A DNA stretch of 64,000 bases from Candidatus Acidiferrum sp. (GCA_035506715.1 DATJOW010000017.1:14078-78077), one strand, 5' to 3'; positions 8,548-17,885 are shown, counted from the first letter of the stretch. Notes: generated by a model not told the origin, from the sequence alone. A program made the numbers and translations.

Positions 8548-9087
8548 CTACGACTCCAGGACAAGCCGAAGCTTCCGGCGCATCGCTTCCCGGCCCCGGG
8601 AAATATCCGTCTTCACCTTGCCCAGCGACACGCCGAGCTTCTCGGCGATTTCCTCGTAACGCAGCCCATCGAGATGGTAGAGCACCAGCGGCACCCGTTG
8701 GGCTGCCGGCAACTTCTGCAGCGCCCGCTCCACCAGCTCCTGCCGATCTCGGGCTTCCAACTCCTCGCCTGGATCAACCTCGGCGGCAAATTCAGGCTCC
8801 GGCGTGTCCCCGCCCTCGGGATGGCTCGCGAACAGCTCGGAGAAGAAGCTCCAGCGCGAACGATAGCGGGACAGGTGATTCAAACTGAGGTTGGTGGCGA
8901 CGGTCTTGAGCCAGCCGCCTGCCGTCGGACTCCCGGCCAGCTCACCGAAGCGTTCATACGCGCGCAGGAACACCTCCTGCGTCACGTCTTCGGCTTCAGA
9001 TGAATTGGCGAGCAAGCGCATGGCCGTGCTGTACACCATGTTCTGGTAGTTACGCATGAACGTCTCGAACTGTTGCGCATCGGTCAT
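8548..9087 (-). CDS. ECF-type RNA polymerase sigma-70 family factor
   Basis: Region 2 (EDVTQEVFLRAYERF) and region 4 HTH (LDGLRYEEIAEKLGVSLGKVKTDISRGREAMR). 179 aa. Confidence 0.9.
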   Translation of the reverse strand: MTDAQQFETFMRNYQNMVYSTAMRLLANSSEAEDVTQEVFLRAYERFGELAGSPTAGGWLKTVATNLSLNHLSRYRSRWSFFSELFASHPEGGDTPEPEFAAEVDPGEELEARDRQELVERALQKLPAAQRVPLVLYHLDGLRYEEIAEKLGVSLGKVKTDISRGREAMRRKLRLVLES

Positions 9088-9630
9088 GATCGGGCCGGGC
9101 CGGGTGCCGGCTCATCCTACGCCCGGCACGTCGCACAACGCAAAACTCTTGCCGTACCTCTTGCATAACTTTGGGAAATGAACTGCATGGCCGCAGCTAG
9201 AACAATCTCCACACCCGCACCGGGGCCATTGCCGTCACCGCCGGCAACCGGGAAGCGGTCCGCTCCGTTTCGGAGCGCATTGGGGATTGCCTTATGGCCG
9301 GGAATTCCGCCCGGTCAGGACAGTCAACCAGCCATGGGACTTCGCCCGTGGTTGACGGCTGGTTCGGCAGCACCGGCAACGGCTGGGCCTGCTTGAAATC
9401 CGGATTCAACCTGGCTCGGGGCGAAACGATTTTCATATTCCGGTTTGATAACCCGGCAGGCGACCGGTTTGTTTCAAAAAAGTCCGCCCAGCTTTGCGGG
9501 TGAACCCCGGCAGAACTGCCGTTAGGAATATCGATCAGTCCAGCCCAAGGGATCCGGGAAGCTCGCGATCAATCGTTATCCGACGCATCCCCGGCCTGGG
9601 ATTTGGGCGCCACGACCATGAGAATCCCGT

Positions 9631-9774
9631 TCAGAACCATCCACACGCCGGACAGACAACACTGTTCGGAGTCAATTCCGCATCCGTCTCGACTTCAAAA
9701 ACGTATCGTTGTCCACATCCGCATTGGATTTTGATGGGTATCACAGCCGGATCAGCTTCGATGGTACGCTGCAT
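9631..9774 (-). CDS. Candidate 47-aa zinc-ribbon mini-protein
   Basis: MQRTIEADPAVIPIKIQCGCGQRYVFEVETDAELTPNSVVCPACGWF has a CxC...CxxC pattern. The longer ORF-track version (to 9936) runs into a dispersed repeat, so I used the internal Met. No other support. Confidence 0.3.
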   Translation of the reverse strand: MQRTIEADPAVIPIKIQCGCGQRYVFEVETDAELTPNSVVCPACGWF

Positions 9775-9850
9775 ACGCCGATCCCTTGGATTTGTCCAGA
9801 GCAACCTGTCCTTATGCCCGACCAAGGGTGCATGTTTACTCTTTTTCCGA

Positions 9851-9947
9851 ACAGGCGGCTGAAAGCCACCAAACCCCGCATCCAAGATGGCTGCGCTACA
9901 GCGTAGCACACGGTTCCAGCGTGCGGGTTGGGGCATCTTCCAGAGCC
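9851..9947 (+). repeat. Dispersed intergenic repeat, copy A (degenerate)
   Basis: Arm CAGGCGGCTGAAAGCCACC, internal GCGCTACAGCGTAGC, core GGCATCTTCCAGAGCC (9932-9947). Same order and similar spacing as copy B at 17886-18035. Confidence 0.6.
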
Positions 9948-10047
9948 CGCTTGCTCACGCGCATACCAACCCATCAGGGCAGTGTGCTGATGCGCACGCA
10001 AACCAACCCTTGCGATGGGGATTGAACCTCGGCTACCGTCAGCCCTG

Positions 10048-12129
10048 ATGAAACCGTCCGTCTTTGCCCTCAACCATAAACCCCTTGGTTTTCTACTGTT
10101 TTGGCTGGCTTTGGCCGGTCTGCCTCCGCTGAACGCCCAGCAAGCGGCGCCCGCGCCCACACGGTGGGAAACCCGGGCGAAGCAGAAGACCGACCTGAAC
10201 CAGGGCATCACCTGGCTGACCCACGAGCCGATCGATTTCCTAATGCGGCGCGGGGACCACTATGACGACGAACCGGATCGGTACCAAAAAATGTGCGCAC
10301 CGGACAACCTCAAGCGCATGGCCGATGCCGGCATCCGCTACGGGCGGATTTTTTTCTACAAGGGTTTCGGGCGCGAATATGAGCGCGCCAACATGGAACA
10401 GGCCAAAGCTACGGCCGCTCTCATGCATCAGTTCGGCCTGAAGGTGGATATTTACATCGGCGGCACCATGTTTGCCGAAACGCTGTATTGCGAGCGGCCC
10501 GAGGCCCGGAACTGGGAGCAGCGCGACCAGAACAACCAATGGGTGCCGTACGGCCTCCAGACGTTCCGGCATTACGCCTGTCCTAACGAGCCCGCCTATC
10601 GTGATTACCTGAAGTCGATCCTCAAATACGCCGTCGAGGAGGTTCACGCCGACCAGATTTCCTTCGACAACATCATGCTGCAACCGGAGCCGGAGTCGTG
10701 CCGCTGCCCGCGCTGTATCACAGCGTTCCACGATTTCCTGCGCCGGCATTATCCCACGCCGGAAACCGTCCGCCGCCGGTTCGGCCTGCCGGACGTGGAG
10801 TGGATCCAACCCAACGAATGGGCGTCCCCCACCCAGCCGGACGGCATCAGCGTCCTCAACGACCCGGTGTTGCAGGAATGGGTCCGGTTCCGCTGCGAGT
10901 CACTGGCCCATTACGCCAACGATCTCTACGATTATGTCAAAAGCCTGAACCCCGACGTCTCGGTGCTGTTCAATATCAAGGGCCTTTACAGCTACAACCG
11001 CTACTGGGCCAACGCCGTCTATCACCCGTTGTTTGCCAATCGCATTGACGTGCTGTCGTTCGACACCGGCGGCTACGACGCCCGCATCGATGCCCGGACC
11101 GGGGCCCTGGTCTCCCAAATCCGCTTCTACAAGGTGGCCCGCCGGCTCAAAACCAGTTGCGAGGAGCCGCTGCAGGACGACCTGCGCTGCGCGGTGGACA
11201 TGGCATTTGCCTATCAAACCCCCGTCCGCGGCAATCCCGGCTCTCCCTTCACCACGCATGTCTCCACGCCGCTGCTCGAGTTTTACCGCGAATATCTCGA
11301 CCGCTACTACCGCGACACGGAGAGCGTGGCAGACGTCGCCGTCCTGCACACCTGGCCGTCCATGGCGTACAGCATCAGCGACACCTATGTGCCGACGACG
11401 CTCATGGAGCAGGTGCTCATTCAGCACCAAATTCCCTTCGACATCCTGTTCGACGAAGACCTGGAGCGGATTGGGAGTTACCAGGAAATCATCCTGCCCG
11501 GCCAGGAATGTGTTGGCGAGGCGCAGGCGCAGAAGTTGCTGGAGTACGCCCGCAACGGCGGCACGTTGCTGCTGACCGGCAACACGGCGCAATATAATCA
11601 GTGGCGCGAGCGCCGCCGCACCAATCCGTTCCTGCCTGCGCGCACGGAACGCAAAGGCCGGATAATTTACCTCCCGGAAATCATCCCCGCCGATTCCCCC
11701 GGCGCCAGAGTTCCAATGGCCGATGAGAATCCGGAGCCGGGGGCCGCTCCGCAGCGCGGGGCGCGGATGAGTCCGGCCCAGTGGGTTCTCCCGAAAAATC
11801 ACGAAGCCATCAGCCAAGCCGTGGTGCAGGGCTTGCCCCGGGGGCTTTCCATCCGGACGGAGGCGCCTTTGACCGCCGTCATGGACCTGCTCACCCGCCC
11901 CCGCAGCCGTGAAACCCTGGTTCACTTCGTCAATTTCGACCGCGCCAACCCCCTGGCGCCGCTTCCCACGACCGTGCGCAAACAGTTCGATGGAACGGTC
12001 AAATCCGTTACTTTGCTTTCGCCGGAACGGGATGCGCCGCAGCCGCTGTCATTCCGGGAATCCGCGGACCAGGTCACTTTTACCGTTCCGGCCGCAAAGC
12101 GTTACGCGTTGGTGGTCATCGCCCAGTAG
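10048..12129 (+). CDS. Secreted GH42-like glycoside hydrolase (beta-galactosidase family-like)
   Basis: ATG at 10048 verified, with signal peptide MKPSVFALNHKPLGFLLFWLALAGLPPLNAQQ. ACPNEPAYRDYL plus the Cys cluster CRCPRC...FHDFLRRHY resemble the GH42 catalytic-domain zinc site. The C-terminal GGTLLLTGN region resembles the GH42 trimerisation domain. Family call is from memory. Confidence 0.6.
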   Translation: MKPSVFALNHKPLGFLLFWLALAGLPPLNAQQAAPAPTRWETRAKQKTDLNQGITWLTHEPIDFLMRRGDHYDDEPDRYQKMCAPDNLKRMADAGIRYGRIFFYKGFGREYERANMEQAKATAALMHQFGLKVDIYIGGTMFAETLYCERPEARNWEQRDQNNQWVPYGLQTFRHYACPNEPAYRDYLKSILKYAVEEVHADQISFDNIMLQPEPESCRCPRCITAFHDFLRRHYPTPETVRRRFGLPDVEWIQPNEWASPTQPDGISVLNDPVLQEWVRFRCESLAHYANDLYDYVKSLNPDVSVLFNIKGLYSYNRYWANAVYHPLFANRIDVLSFDTGGYDARIDARTGALVSQIRFYKVARRLKTSCEEPLQDDLRCAVDMAFAYQTPVRGNPGSPFTTHVSTPLLEFYREYLDRYYRDTESVADVAVLHTWPSMAYSISDTYVPTTLMEQVLIQHQIPFDILFDEDLERIGSYQEIILPGQECVGEAQAQKLLEYARNGGTLLLTGNTAQYNQWRERRRTNPFLPARTERKGRIIYLPEIIPADSPGARVPMADENPEPGAAPQRGARMSPAQWVLPKNHEAISQAVVQGLPRGLSIRTEAPLTAVMDLLTRPRSRETLVHFVNFDRANPLAPLPTTVRKQFDGTVKSVTLLSPERDAPQPLSFRESADQVTFTVPAAKRYALVVIAQ

Positions 12130-12200
12130 CTTAGCTGCCGCCGGACCCTGGCTGGGCCAGGCGGGCGCGACGTACTAGGGTTAAAAAACGCCGCGGTCAG

Positions 12201-12225
12201 GGGCTGGTTGAAGCCCGGTTTTGTT
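12201..12225 (+). terminator. Possible intrinsic terminator after the GH42-like gene
   Basis: Short stem GGGCT/AGCCC (loop GGTTGA) followed by GGTTTTGTT. The stem is weak. Confidence 0.3.
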
Positions 12226-12270
12226 CTGGACTTTCTGCCCTCGATTTAATAATTTCGGGGTATAAGTCCT

Positions 12271-12972
12271 ATGAGAAAGATTTCCTTGTTCGTTGTTCAG
12301 GCAATTGCCGCGTGCCTTATCCAGTCCGCGTCCGCTCAGTACAGCATGCCGCCGGGCTCGCCCGAGGAACTGGAGGCAACCTACATCACGTCCATTGAAA
12401 ACCGAACCGCCGCCATCGTCGCCTCTTTAGATCTGAACAATGCGGAGAAGTCTGCCCGTGTTCATGACATTATCATCGCCCAATATCGGACCTTGCGGGC
12501 GCGTGACGAAGCCATCGATTCCCTGCTTAAATTGCAGGGCAAAGAGGTCAATTACAAAAATCGCGCTCCGCTGATGCAAAGCGAGTCCAAAGCCCTGCAC
12601 GACAAATTCCTCGCCAAGCTGGCCACGGAGCTGACTCCGGAACAGGTTGAAATCGTCAAAAACAAAATGACCTATAACAAGGTCCAGGTGACTTACGTCG
12701 CCTATTGCTCGATCTTCTCCGATCTCACGGAGGCGGATAAAACCGAGATCATGGACAAGCTCAAGGCCGCCCGGGAGGAGGCCATGGACGGCGGCAGCGC
12801 GGCGGAAAAGTCCGCCATTTTCCAGAAGTACAAGGACCAGATCAACGATTACCTGAACGCCCACGGGCATGACGTGGCCAAGGCCTACAAGGAATGGGAG
12901 GCCAAACAGCAGGCCAGCAATCAAAAGGCCTCGGGCGGCGCTGCCGGCGACAGTACACCGACCAATAAGTAG
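12271..12972 (+). CDS. Secreted helical protein, possibly DUF3826-like
   Basis: Signal peptide MRKISLFVVQAIAACLIQSASAQ. Lys/Glu/Ala-rich helical sequence of about 230 aa, next to a glycoside hydrolase. The DUF assignment is from memory and uncertain. Confidence 0.6.
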   Translation: MRKISLFVVQAIAACLIQSASAQYSMPPGSPEELEATYITSIENRTAAIVASLDLNNAEKSARVHDIIIAQYRTLRARDEAIDSLLKLQGKEVNYKNRAPLMQSESKALHDKFLAKLATELTPEQVEIVKNKMTYNKVQVTYVAYCSIFSDLTEADKTEIMDKLKAAREEAMDGGSAAEKSAIFQKYKDQINDYLNAHGHDVAKAYKEWEAKQQASNQKASGGAAGDSTPTNK

Positions 12973-13033
12973 GCCGCGGGCTCCTCGCCGCTCTGGCCTC
13001 CGCCCGGCCGTCCGGCCGCGAACCGGGCAACGC

Positions 13034-13291
13034 TCAACGTGGTTCTCCCCGGTAGGCCAGTCTGACAATCCAGTCGGCCAAAAAGAAACAAAGGGCGCCC
13101 CAAATCATCGCCGGGATGCCGAACGCGAAATAATAAAACACGGACGGCAGATCGGCGCTATTGCCGTCGCTCGCGGGCAAAAGGCTTTCCACAATGGTTT
13201 CAAAGCCGGCCCACACATTCCACAAGCCATAGGTGATGATCAGAAAACCGGCAATCCGGACCATCACGCCAAAAAGTTCGGAGGATTTCAT
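13034..13291 (-). CDS. Small two-TM membrane protein (hypothetical)
   Basis: 85 aa with two hydrophobic spans (VMVRIAGFLIITYGLWNVWAGF; FYYFAFGIPAMIWGALCFFLADWIV). No family recognised. Confidence 0.5.
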   Translation of the reverse strand: MKSSELFGVMVRIAGFLIITYGLWNVWAGFETIVESLLPASDGNSADLPSVFYYFAFGIPAMIWGALCFFLADWIVRLAYRGEPR

Positions 13292-13425
13292 CAGGCTGTA
13301 ATCGCAATCATTTCACTGCCGCCCCCCAACACTGGGTCAGTTGCCCCGGCCCTGTCAAGCCGGCTTTGCGCAGTCCCGCCAGTTTTGTTTTGGCAAATGC
13401 GCCGTTCGCCGTTTTACTGGACGCC

Positions 13426-14802
13426 ATGCAAGTCGTGCTTGATTACTTGAAACGCAACCAGGCCCGGTTCGTGGCGGAGTTGTGCGATTATCTCCGTTTC
13501 CCCAGCGTCTCGGCCCAGCCGCAACATCAGCAGGACATGATCGCCTGCGCCCGCTGGCTGGCCACACACGCCCGCCGCCTGGGCCTCGACGCGCGCGTCT
13601 GCCCCACCGCCGGCCATCCCATCGTCGTTGCCAAAACCCCGCCCGTGCCCGGCAAGCGGCACCGCCCCCATTTCATGGTCTATGGCCACTACGACGTTCA
13701 GCCGCCGGAGCCGCTCGATTTGTGGAAAACGCCGCCGTTTGCGCCGCGCATCCAGGGCCGTTCGATCTTTGCCCGCGGCTCAACCGACAACAAGGGCCAG
13801 AACTTTACGCATCTCAAAGCGGTCGAAGCTTATCTCAAAACCGGCACTCCCCTCCCCTGCGATCTGACCTTTGTCATCGAAGGCGAGGAAGAAGTCGGCA
13901 GCGCGAACCTGGCAAAATTTTTAAAATCAAACCGTCGCGAACTGGCGTGCGATGCCGTCATCGTTTCGGACACCGGCATGCCCAGCCCCAAACATCCGGC
14001 CTTGACCTACGCGCTGCGCGGCATCATCGCCTTTGAAATCACGCTGCACGGCCCGTCGCGTGACCTGCATTCCGGCGTTTTCGGCGGTTCGGTGGAAAAC
14101 CCGGCCATGGCGCTCGCCCGCCTGCTCGCGCAAGTCCGCGACGCCCGCGGCCGCATCACCATCCCCGGCTTTTATGACGACATTGCGCCGCTGTCGGCGT
14201 TCGAGCGGAAACAACTGGCTCGTTTCCCGCTGCCGGACCGCGCCCTGCAGCAATTGCTGGGTGTGACCCGGCTGTTCGGCGAGCGCGGTTTTACCCCCAC
14301 CGAACACCGGGCGGCCCGCCCCACCTTTGAAATCAACGGCCTGACCAGCGGTTACCAGGGCCAGGGCAGCAAAACCATCGTGCCGGCCTGGGCCCGGGCG
14401 AAAATCACCTGCCGCCTCGTGCCGCATCAGCGGCCGGCAAAGATCCGGGGTTTGGTGTGCGATTACCTGCGTAAAATCTGCCCGCCCACGGTGCGGATCG
14501 AGATCCAGGCCGGCCACGGAGCGGAAGCCTACCTGGTTTCGCCGCAAAGCCGCGCGGCGCAGTCGGCGCTGCGCGCCCTGAAAGCCGCGTTTGGTTGCCA
14601 GCCAATTTTGATGCGCGAAGGTGGTTCGATCCCCATCGTCAACGACTTCAAAAAAATCCTCGGCGCCGATTCGCTGTTGTTGGGATTGGGCCTGCCCGAT
14701 GACAACGCCCATTCGCCGAACGAAAAGTTCAACCTGGACTGTTTTGCCAAAGGCCAGGCGATGAGCGCCCACCTGTGGCAGGAGCTGGCGCAGCGCCCTT
14801 AG
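13426..14802 (+). CDS. M20 family metallopeptidase (dipeptidase / deacylase-like)
   Basis: ATG at 13426 verified. HYDVQP, GRGSTDNKGQ, IEGEEEVGS and HSPNEKF motifs are typical of M20 peptidases. Confidence 0.85.
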   Translation: MQVVLDYLKRNQARFVAELCDYLRFPSVSAQPQHQQDMIACARWLATHARRLGLDARVCPTAGHPIVVAKTPPVPGKRHRPHFMVYGHYDVQPPEPLDLWKTPPFAPRIQGRSIFARGSTDNKGQNFTHLKAVEAYLKTGTPLPCDLTFVIEGEEEVGSANLAKFLKSNRRELACDAVIVSDTGMPSPKHPALTYALRGIIAFEITLHGPSRDLHSGVFGGSVENPAMALARLLAQVRDARGRITIPGFYDDIAPLSAFERKQLARFPLPDRALQQLLGVTRLFGERGFTPTEHRAARPTFEINGLTSGYQGQGSKTIVPAWARAKITCRLVPHQRPAKIRGLVCDYLRKICPPTVRIEIQAGHGAEAYLVSPQSRAAQSALRALKAAFGCQPILMREGGSIPIVNDFKKILGADSLLLGLGLPDDNAHSPNEKFNLDCFAKGQAMSAHLWQELAQRP

Positions 14803-15491
14803 GCGGCCAGGGAATATTCCGCCAGCACTTGCACCCGCTCCGCCGAGGCGTACCAATCGGTCAATACCAGTTGCATCCGCCGCACCCGGCTCTCGCCAAA
14901 CGAAATCGTCCGGTTGGCTTCCAGAAGACTCTTCAGCCGCTGCCAGTCCGTGTCCGGCCGGCAAAAGCGCATGATCGTCAGGTGCGCCGTCTGGATTTTG
15001 TACTTCCGGGCGAGTTCATCCGCCACGTGGTTTTTTTTGAGTTCCTCCCGCAAATCATCCCGGATTTGCGCGAGCGTGTCGCCGACGGGAAATCCCTGGA
15101 CCATCACCGCGCTGGCCGATGCCGTCAGGCCCTGGAACCCGATTGAAAATTCACGGTGCGCCTTCAAGACCTTGCTGACGAGGGATTGGTACGTGGGTAA
15201 GGGGCCGATTTTGTCCCGCCAGAGTTCCGATCCCGGAACGATCGACAGCACCGTGACGTGGAGTTCTTCCGGCCGGTAGAAATACTGGCCGGGCGCCACG
15301 ATCGCCAGCTCATCCACGAATTTGGCAATGGAACGTTGAACCGCCGGCTCGGGCCGTAACATCAGAGTCAGGCCCCGCCGAGGATCACGGGTTTTATCCG
15401 GCAGATGGGGATCAATCGTGGGCCGGCCGCCCGCCAAGGCCAGGGCGGCTTCCTGCCAAAGCCGCTCGTAGATGTGCCTCGCCTCGCTCAC
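14799..15491 (-). CDS. 2H phosphoesterase superfamily protein (2'-5' RNA ligase-like)
   Basis: Two HxT motifs (LHVTVL and AHLTIM). GTG start overlaps the maf stop as GTGA. Its stop codon overlaps the convergent M20 stop codon (TTAG at 14799-14802). Confidence 0.65.
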   Translation of the reverse strand: MSEARHIYERLWQEAALALAGGRPTIDPHLPDKTRDPRRGLTLMLRPEPAVQRSIAKFVDELAIVAPGQYFYRPEELHVTVLSIVPGSELWRDKIGPLPTYQSLVSKVLKAHREFSIGFQGLTASASAVMVQGFPVGDTLAQIRDDLREELKKNHVADELARKYKIQTAHLTIMRFCRPDTDWQRLKSLLEANRTISFGESRVRRMQLVLTDWYASAERVQVLAEYSLAA

Positions 15492-16063
15492 CGGTGGTCC
15501 CAGGCCTGCAGTTCCGTGCGCAACGGCTCCAGCGGCAGCCCGACGACATTGCTGTAGGAACCGGAAATCTCCGCCACGATTATTTCGCCGTGCTCCTGAA
15601 TGGCGTAAGCGCCCGCTTTGTCCAGCGGGTTTACCTTCGCCAGGTAATCGCGAATTTGGCCGGCGGCCAGCGGGTGAAATCTCACGTCCGTGGTCGTGGC
15701 CAGCAGTCGTTCCTGGTGCGCGCGCAGGTGAATCAGGCTGATGCCGGTGACCACCTGGTGCGTCTGCCCCTGGAGCCGCGTCAGCATCCGCTCGGCTTCG
15801 GCAAGGCTCCCGGGCTTGCCCATGATTTCCCCGCCCAGGAAAACCAGCGTATCCGCCCCCAGCACGAGGGCATCGGGATTTTTTTTGGCGACCGCCCGCG
15901 CCTTGCGATGGGCATTCAGCTGGCAGATTTCGAACGGGGATAGCTGCTCGTCCAGAATTTCCGATGCGTCGCTGGGCACGACCAGGAAATCCGGATGCAA
16001 TTGCCGGAGCAGTTCGGCGCGGCGAGGCGAGGCTGAGGCCAGGATCAGCGGCGGCAATCCCAT
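15488..16063 (-). CDS. maf: Maf-like nucleoside triphosphate pyrophosphatase
   Basis: LILASASPRRAELL N-terminus, GADTLV, YAIQ motifs. 191 aa. Confidence 0.9.
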   Translation of the reverse strand: MGLPPLILASASPRRAELLRQLHPDFLVVPSDASEILDEQLSPFEICQLNAHRKARAVAKKNPDALVLGADTLVFLGGEIMGKPGSLAEAERMLTRLQGQTHQVVTGISLIHLRAHQERLLATTTDVRFHPLAAGQIRDYLAKVNPLDKAGAYAIQEHGEIIVAEISGSYSNVVGLPLEPLRTELQAWDHR

Positions 16064-16225
16064 GCGCTGAATTTAATCATGAACGCCATACGTGTCGAGT
16101 CACACCCGTGGGGCTGGCAACCCGCTTTGCCTTCGGCGGGGAAAGTGCTGGCCGGGCGGTTTTCGGGAAACCGTCGTACCTCCAAACGGCCGGCCGGCGA
16201 GCGGGATGATATCCCTTGCGATGGG

Positions 16226-16267
16226 CTGAAACAGAAAACTTGAAACTTGAAACTTGAAACTTGAAAC
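16226..16267 (+). repeat. Heptamer tandem repeat x6 in the aroK leader (CTGAAAC AGAAAAC then TTGAAAC x4)
   Basis: Perfect TTGAAAC units at 16240, 16247, 16254 and 16261. Exactly 7 nt (TCGGTTC) separate the last unit from the ATG at 16275. Confidence 0.9.
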
Positions 16268-16274
16268 TCGGTTC

Positions 16275-16814
16275 ATGCACAGCGACCGTCATCTCGTCAA
16301 TATTGCGCTCATCGGTTTCATGGGCGCCGGGAAATCGTCCGTCGGGCACCTCGTCGCCGAACAGTTGCGTTTTGATTACCTCGACACCGACGACGTCATC
16401 CAGTCGCGCGCCGGCCGCACCATCACCGAGATTTTTGCCACCGACGGCGAGCCGGCCTTTCGCAAGATGGAATCGGATTTGGTGAAGGAGCTCGCCGGGC
16501 GGACGCGCACCGTCATCTCGACCGGGGGCGGACTGCCGGTCAAACCGGAGAACCTGGCCTGCCTTAAAACCCATGCGCTGGTCGTCTGCCTGTGGGCGTC
16601 GCCGGAAAAAATCTGGGAGCGCGTCCGGCACCAGACCCATCGTCCGCTGCTCCACGATTCCGACCCGCAGAAAAAAATCCGCGACCTGCTCGCCGTGCGC
16701 GAGCCGTTTTACAAACAGGCCGACGTGCTGGTCAACACGGACATCCGCTCCGTGCGCGAGGTGGCGCAACAGGTCGTGCACCAATACCGGCTCGAATCGT
16801 CCGACCGGCGATGA
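16275..16814 (+). CDS. aroK: Shikimate kinase
   Basis: IALIGFMGAGKSSVG Walker A, DTD motif, GGG lid (ISTGGGL). The ATG at 16275 is preferred over the TTG at 16254, which lies inside the tandem repeat. Confidence 0.9.
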   Translation: MHSDRHLVNIALIGFMGAGKSSVGHLVAEQLRFDYLDTDDVIQSRAGRTITEIFATDGEPAFRKMESDLVKELAGRTRTVISTGGGLPVKPENLACLKTHALVVCLWASPEKIWERVRHQTHRPLLHDSDPQKKIRDLLAVREPFYKQADVLVNTDIRSVREVAQQVVHQYRLESSDRR

Positions 16815-17842
16815 AAGCCGCCATCCGCCAGCAAGCGCGTGAGTTGGGTTTTGACGACTGCCGGTTCACCGCCGCTGATGCGCCAGCCAGCGCGGATCGC
16901 TTCCAAAGTTGGCTCGCCACAAAACAGCATGGCGAGATGGCCTGGCTCGAGCGCACCAGCCCGAAACGCCTGGATCCCCGGAATGTCCTGCCCGGCGCTA
17001 AAAGCATCATCGTATTCGCAGCAAGCTACGAACTGGGTAATCCGCCATCCGCAATCCACCATCCGCATTCCGGCGTGATTGCCCGTTACGCCCGTTTCAC
17101 CGACTACCACAATGTCCTCGGCGAACGGCTGAAGCAACTGACTGCCCTCGTCCAGCAACTCGGCGGCGCGGAGGCCAAGTCGTTGTGGCACGTGGACACC
17201 GGGCCGATGCTGGAACGTGACTTTGCCCAGCGCGCCGGCATCGGTTTCATTGGCAAACATACCAACGTCATCAGCCGGCAATTGGGGAACTGGATTTTGC
17301 TGGGCGAAATCATCACCACCCTTGATCTGGAGCCGGATGCGCCGGAGCCAAATCGCTGCGGCAAATGCGAGCGCTGTCTCGAAGCCTGTCCCACGCGGGC
17401 CATCACGGCGCCCTTCCAACTGGATGCCCGCCTCTGCATTTCCTATCTCACCATCGAGTTGAAAGGTTCCATCCCGATTGAACTGCGCCCGGCCATCGGC
17501 AACCGGATTTTCGGCTGTGACGATTGCCTGGCGGCTTGTCCGTGGAACCGGTTCGCGCGCGAGGGCCGTTTGATGAAGGAACAGGCCCGTCCGGATCTCG
17601 CCGCGCCGGACCTGCTCGAGCTGCTGCAACTGGGCGAGGCGGCCTTCAAATCGCGCTTCGCCGGCACCCCGATTCTGCGCGCCAAACGCCGGGGGCTGTT
17701 GCGCAACGTCTGCGTGGCGTTGGGGAATACCGGCAGTGCATCCACCCTGCCCCGCCTGCAAAAAGCCGCTGGCGATCCCGAGCCGTTGATCGCGGAACAC
17801 GCCCGCTGGGCAATTGGTCAAATCAAATCGCGCCACCCATGA
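16811..17842 (+). CDS. queG: Epoxyqueuosine reductase
   Basis: ATG at 16811 overlaps the aroK stop as ATGA. N-terminus MKAAIRQQARELGFDDCRF, two 4Fe-4S motifs (CGKCERCLEACP, CDDCLAACPWN), C-terminal HEAT-like region. Confidence 0.9.
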   Translation: MKAAIRQQARELGFDDCRFTAADAPASADRFQSWLATKQHGEMAWLERTSPKRLDPRNVLPGAKSIIVFAASYELGNPPSAIHHPHSGVIARYARFTDYHNVLGERLKQLTALVQQLGGAEAKSLWHVDTGPMLERDFAQRAGIGFIGKHTNVISRQLGNWILLGEIITTLDLEPDAPEPNRCGKCERCLEACPTRAITAPFQLDARLCISYLTIELKGSIPIELRPAIGNRIFGCDDCLAACPWNRFAREGRLMKEQARPDLAAPDLLELLQLGEAAFKSRFAGTPILRAKRRGLLRNVCVALGNTGSASTLPRLQKAAGDPEPLIAEHARWAIGQIKSRHP

Positions 17843-17885
17843 AACGAGCTCGTGCCTTTTTCGAGTGCGCCCTGACCGTGCTCTT

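Noticed and set aside
9418-9470. tmRNA-like 5' end (GGGGCGAAACGATTTTCA...)
   Set aside because: No TTCGAC acceptor/T-arm continuation, no tag-peptide reading frame, and no GGTTCGA...CCA 3' end within the next 400 nt.
9470-9500. RNase P RNA-like AAAGTCCGCCCAGC segment
   Set aside because: Only a partial resemblance to the GGAAAGUCCGGGCU core. The other universally conserved RNase P regions were not seen nearby.
16226-16267. Tandem repeats considered as a CRISPR array or minisatellite-encoded peptide
   Set aside because: 7-nt units with no spacers, so not CRISPR. Both ORFs through it (the TTG-start MKLETRF and the antisense FKFQVSSFKF within 16077-16784) are repeat artefacts.
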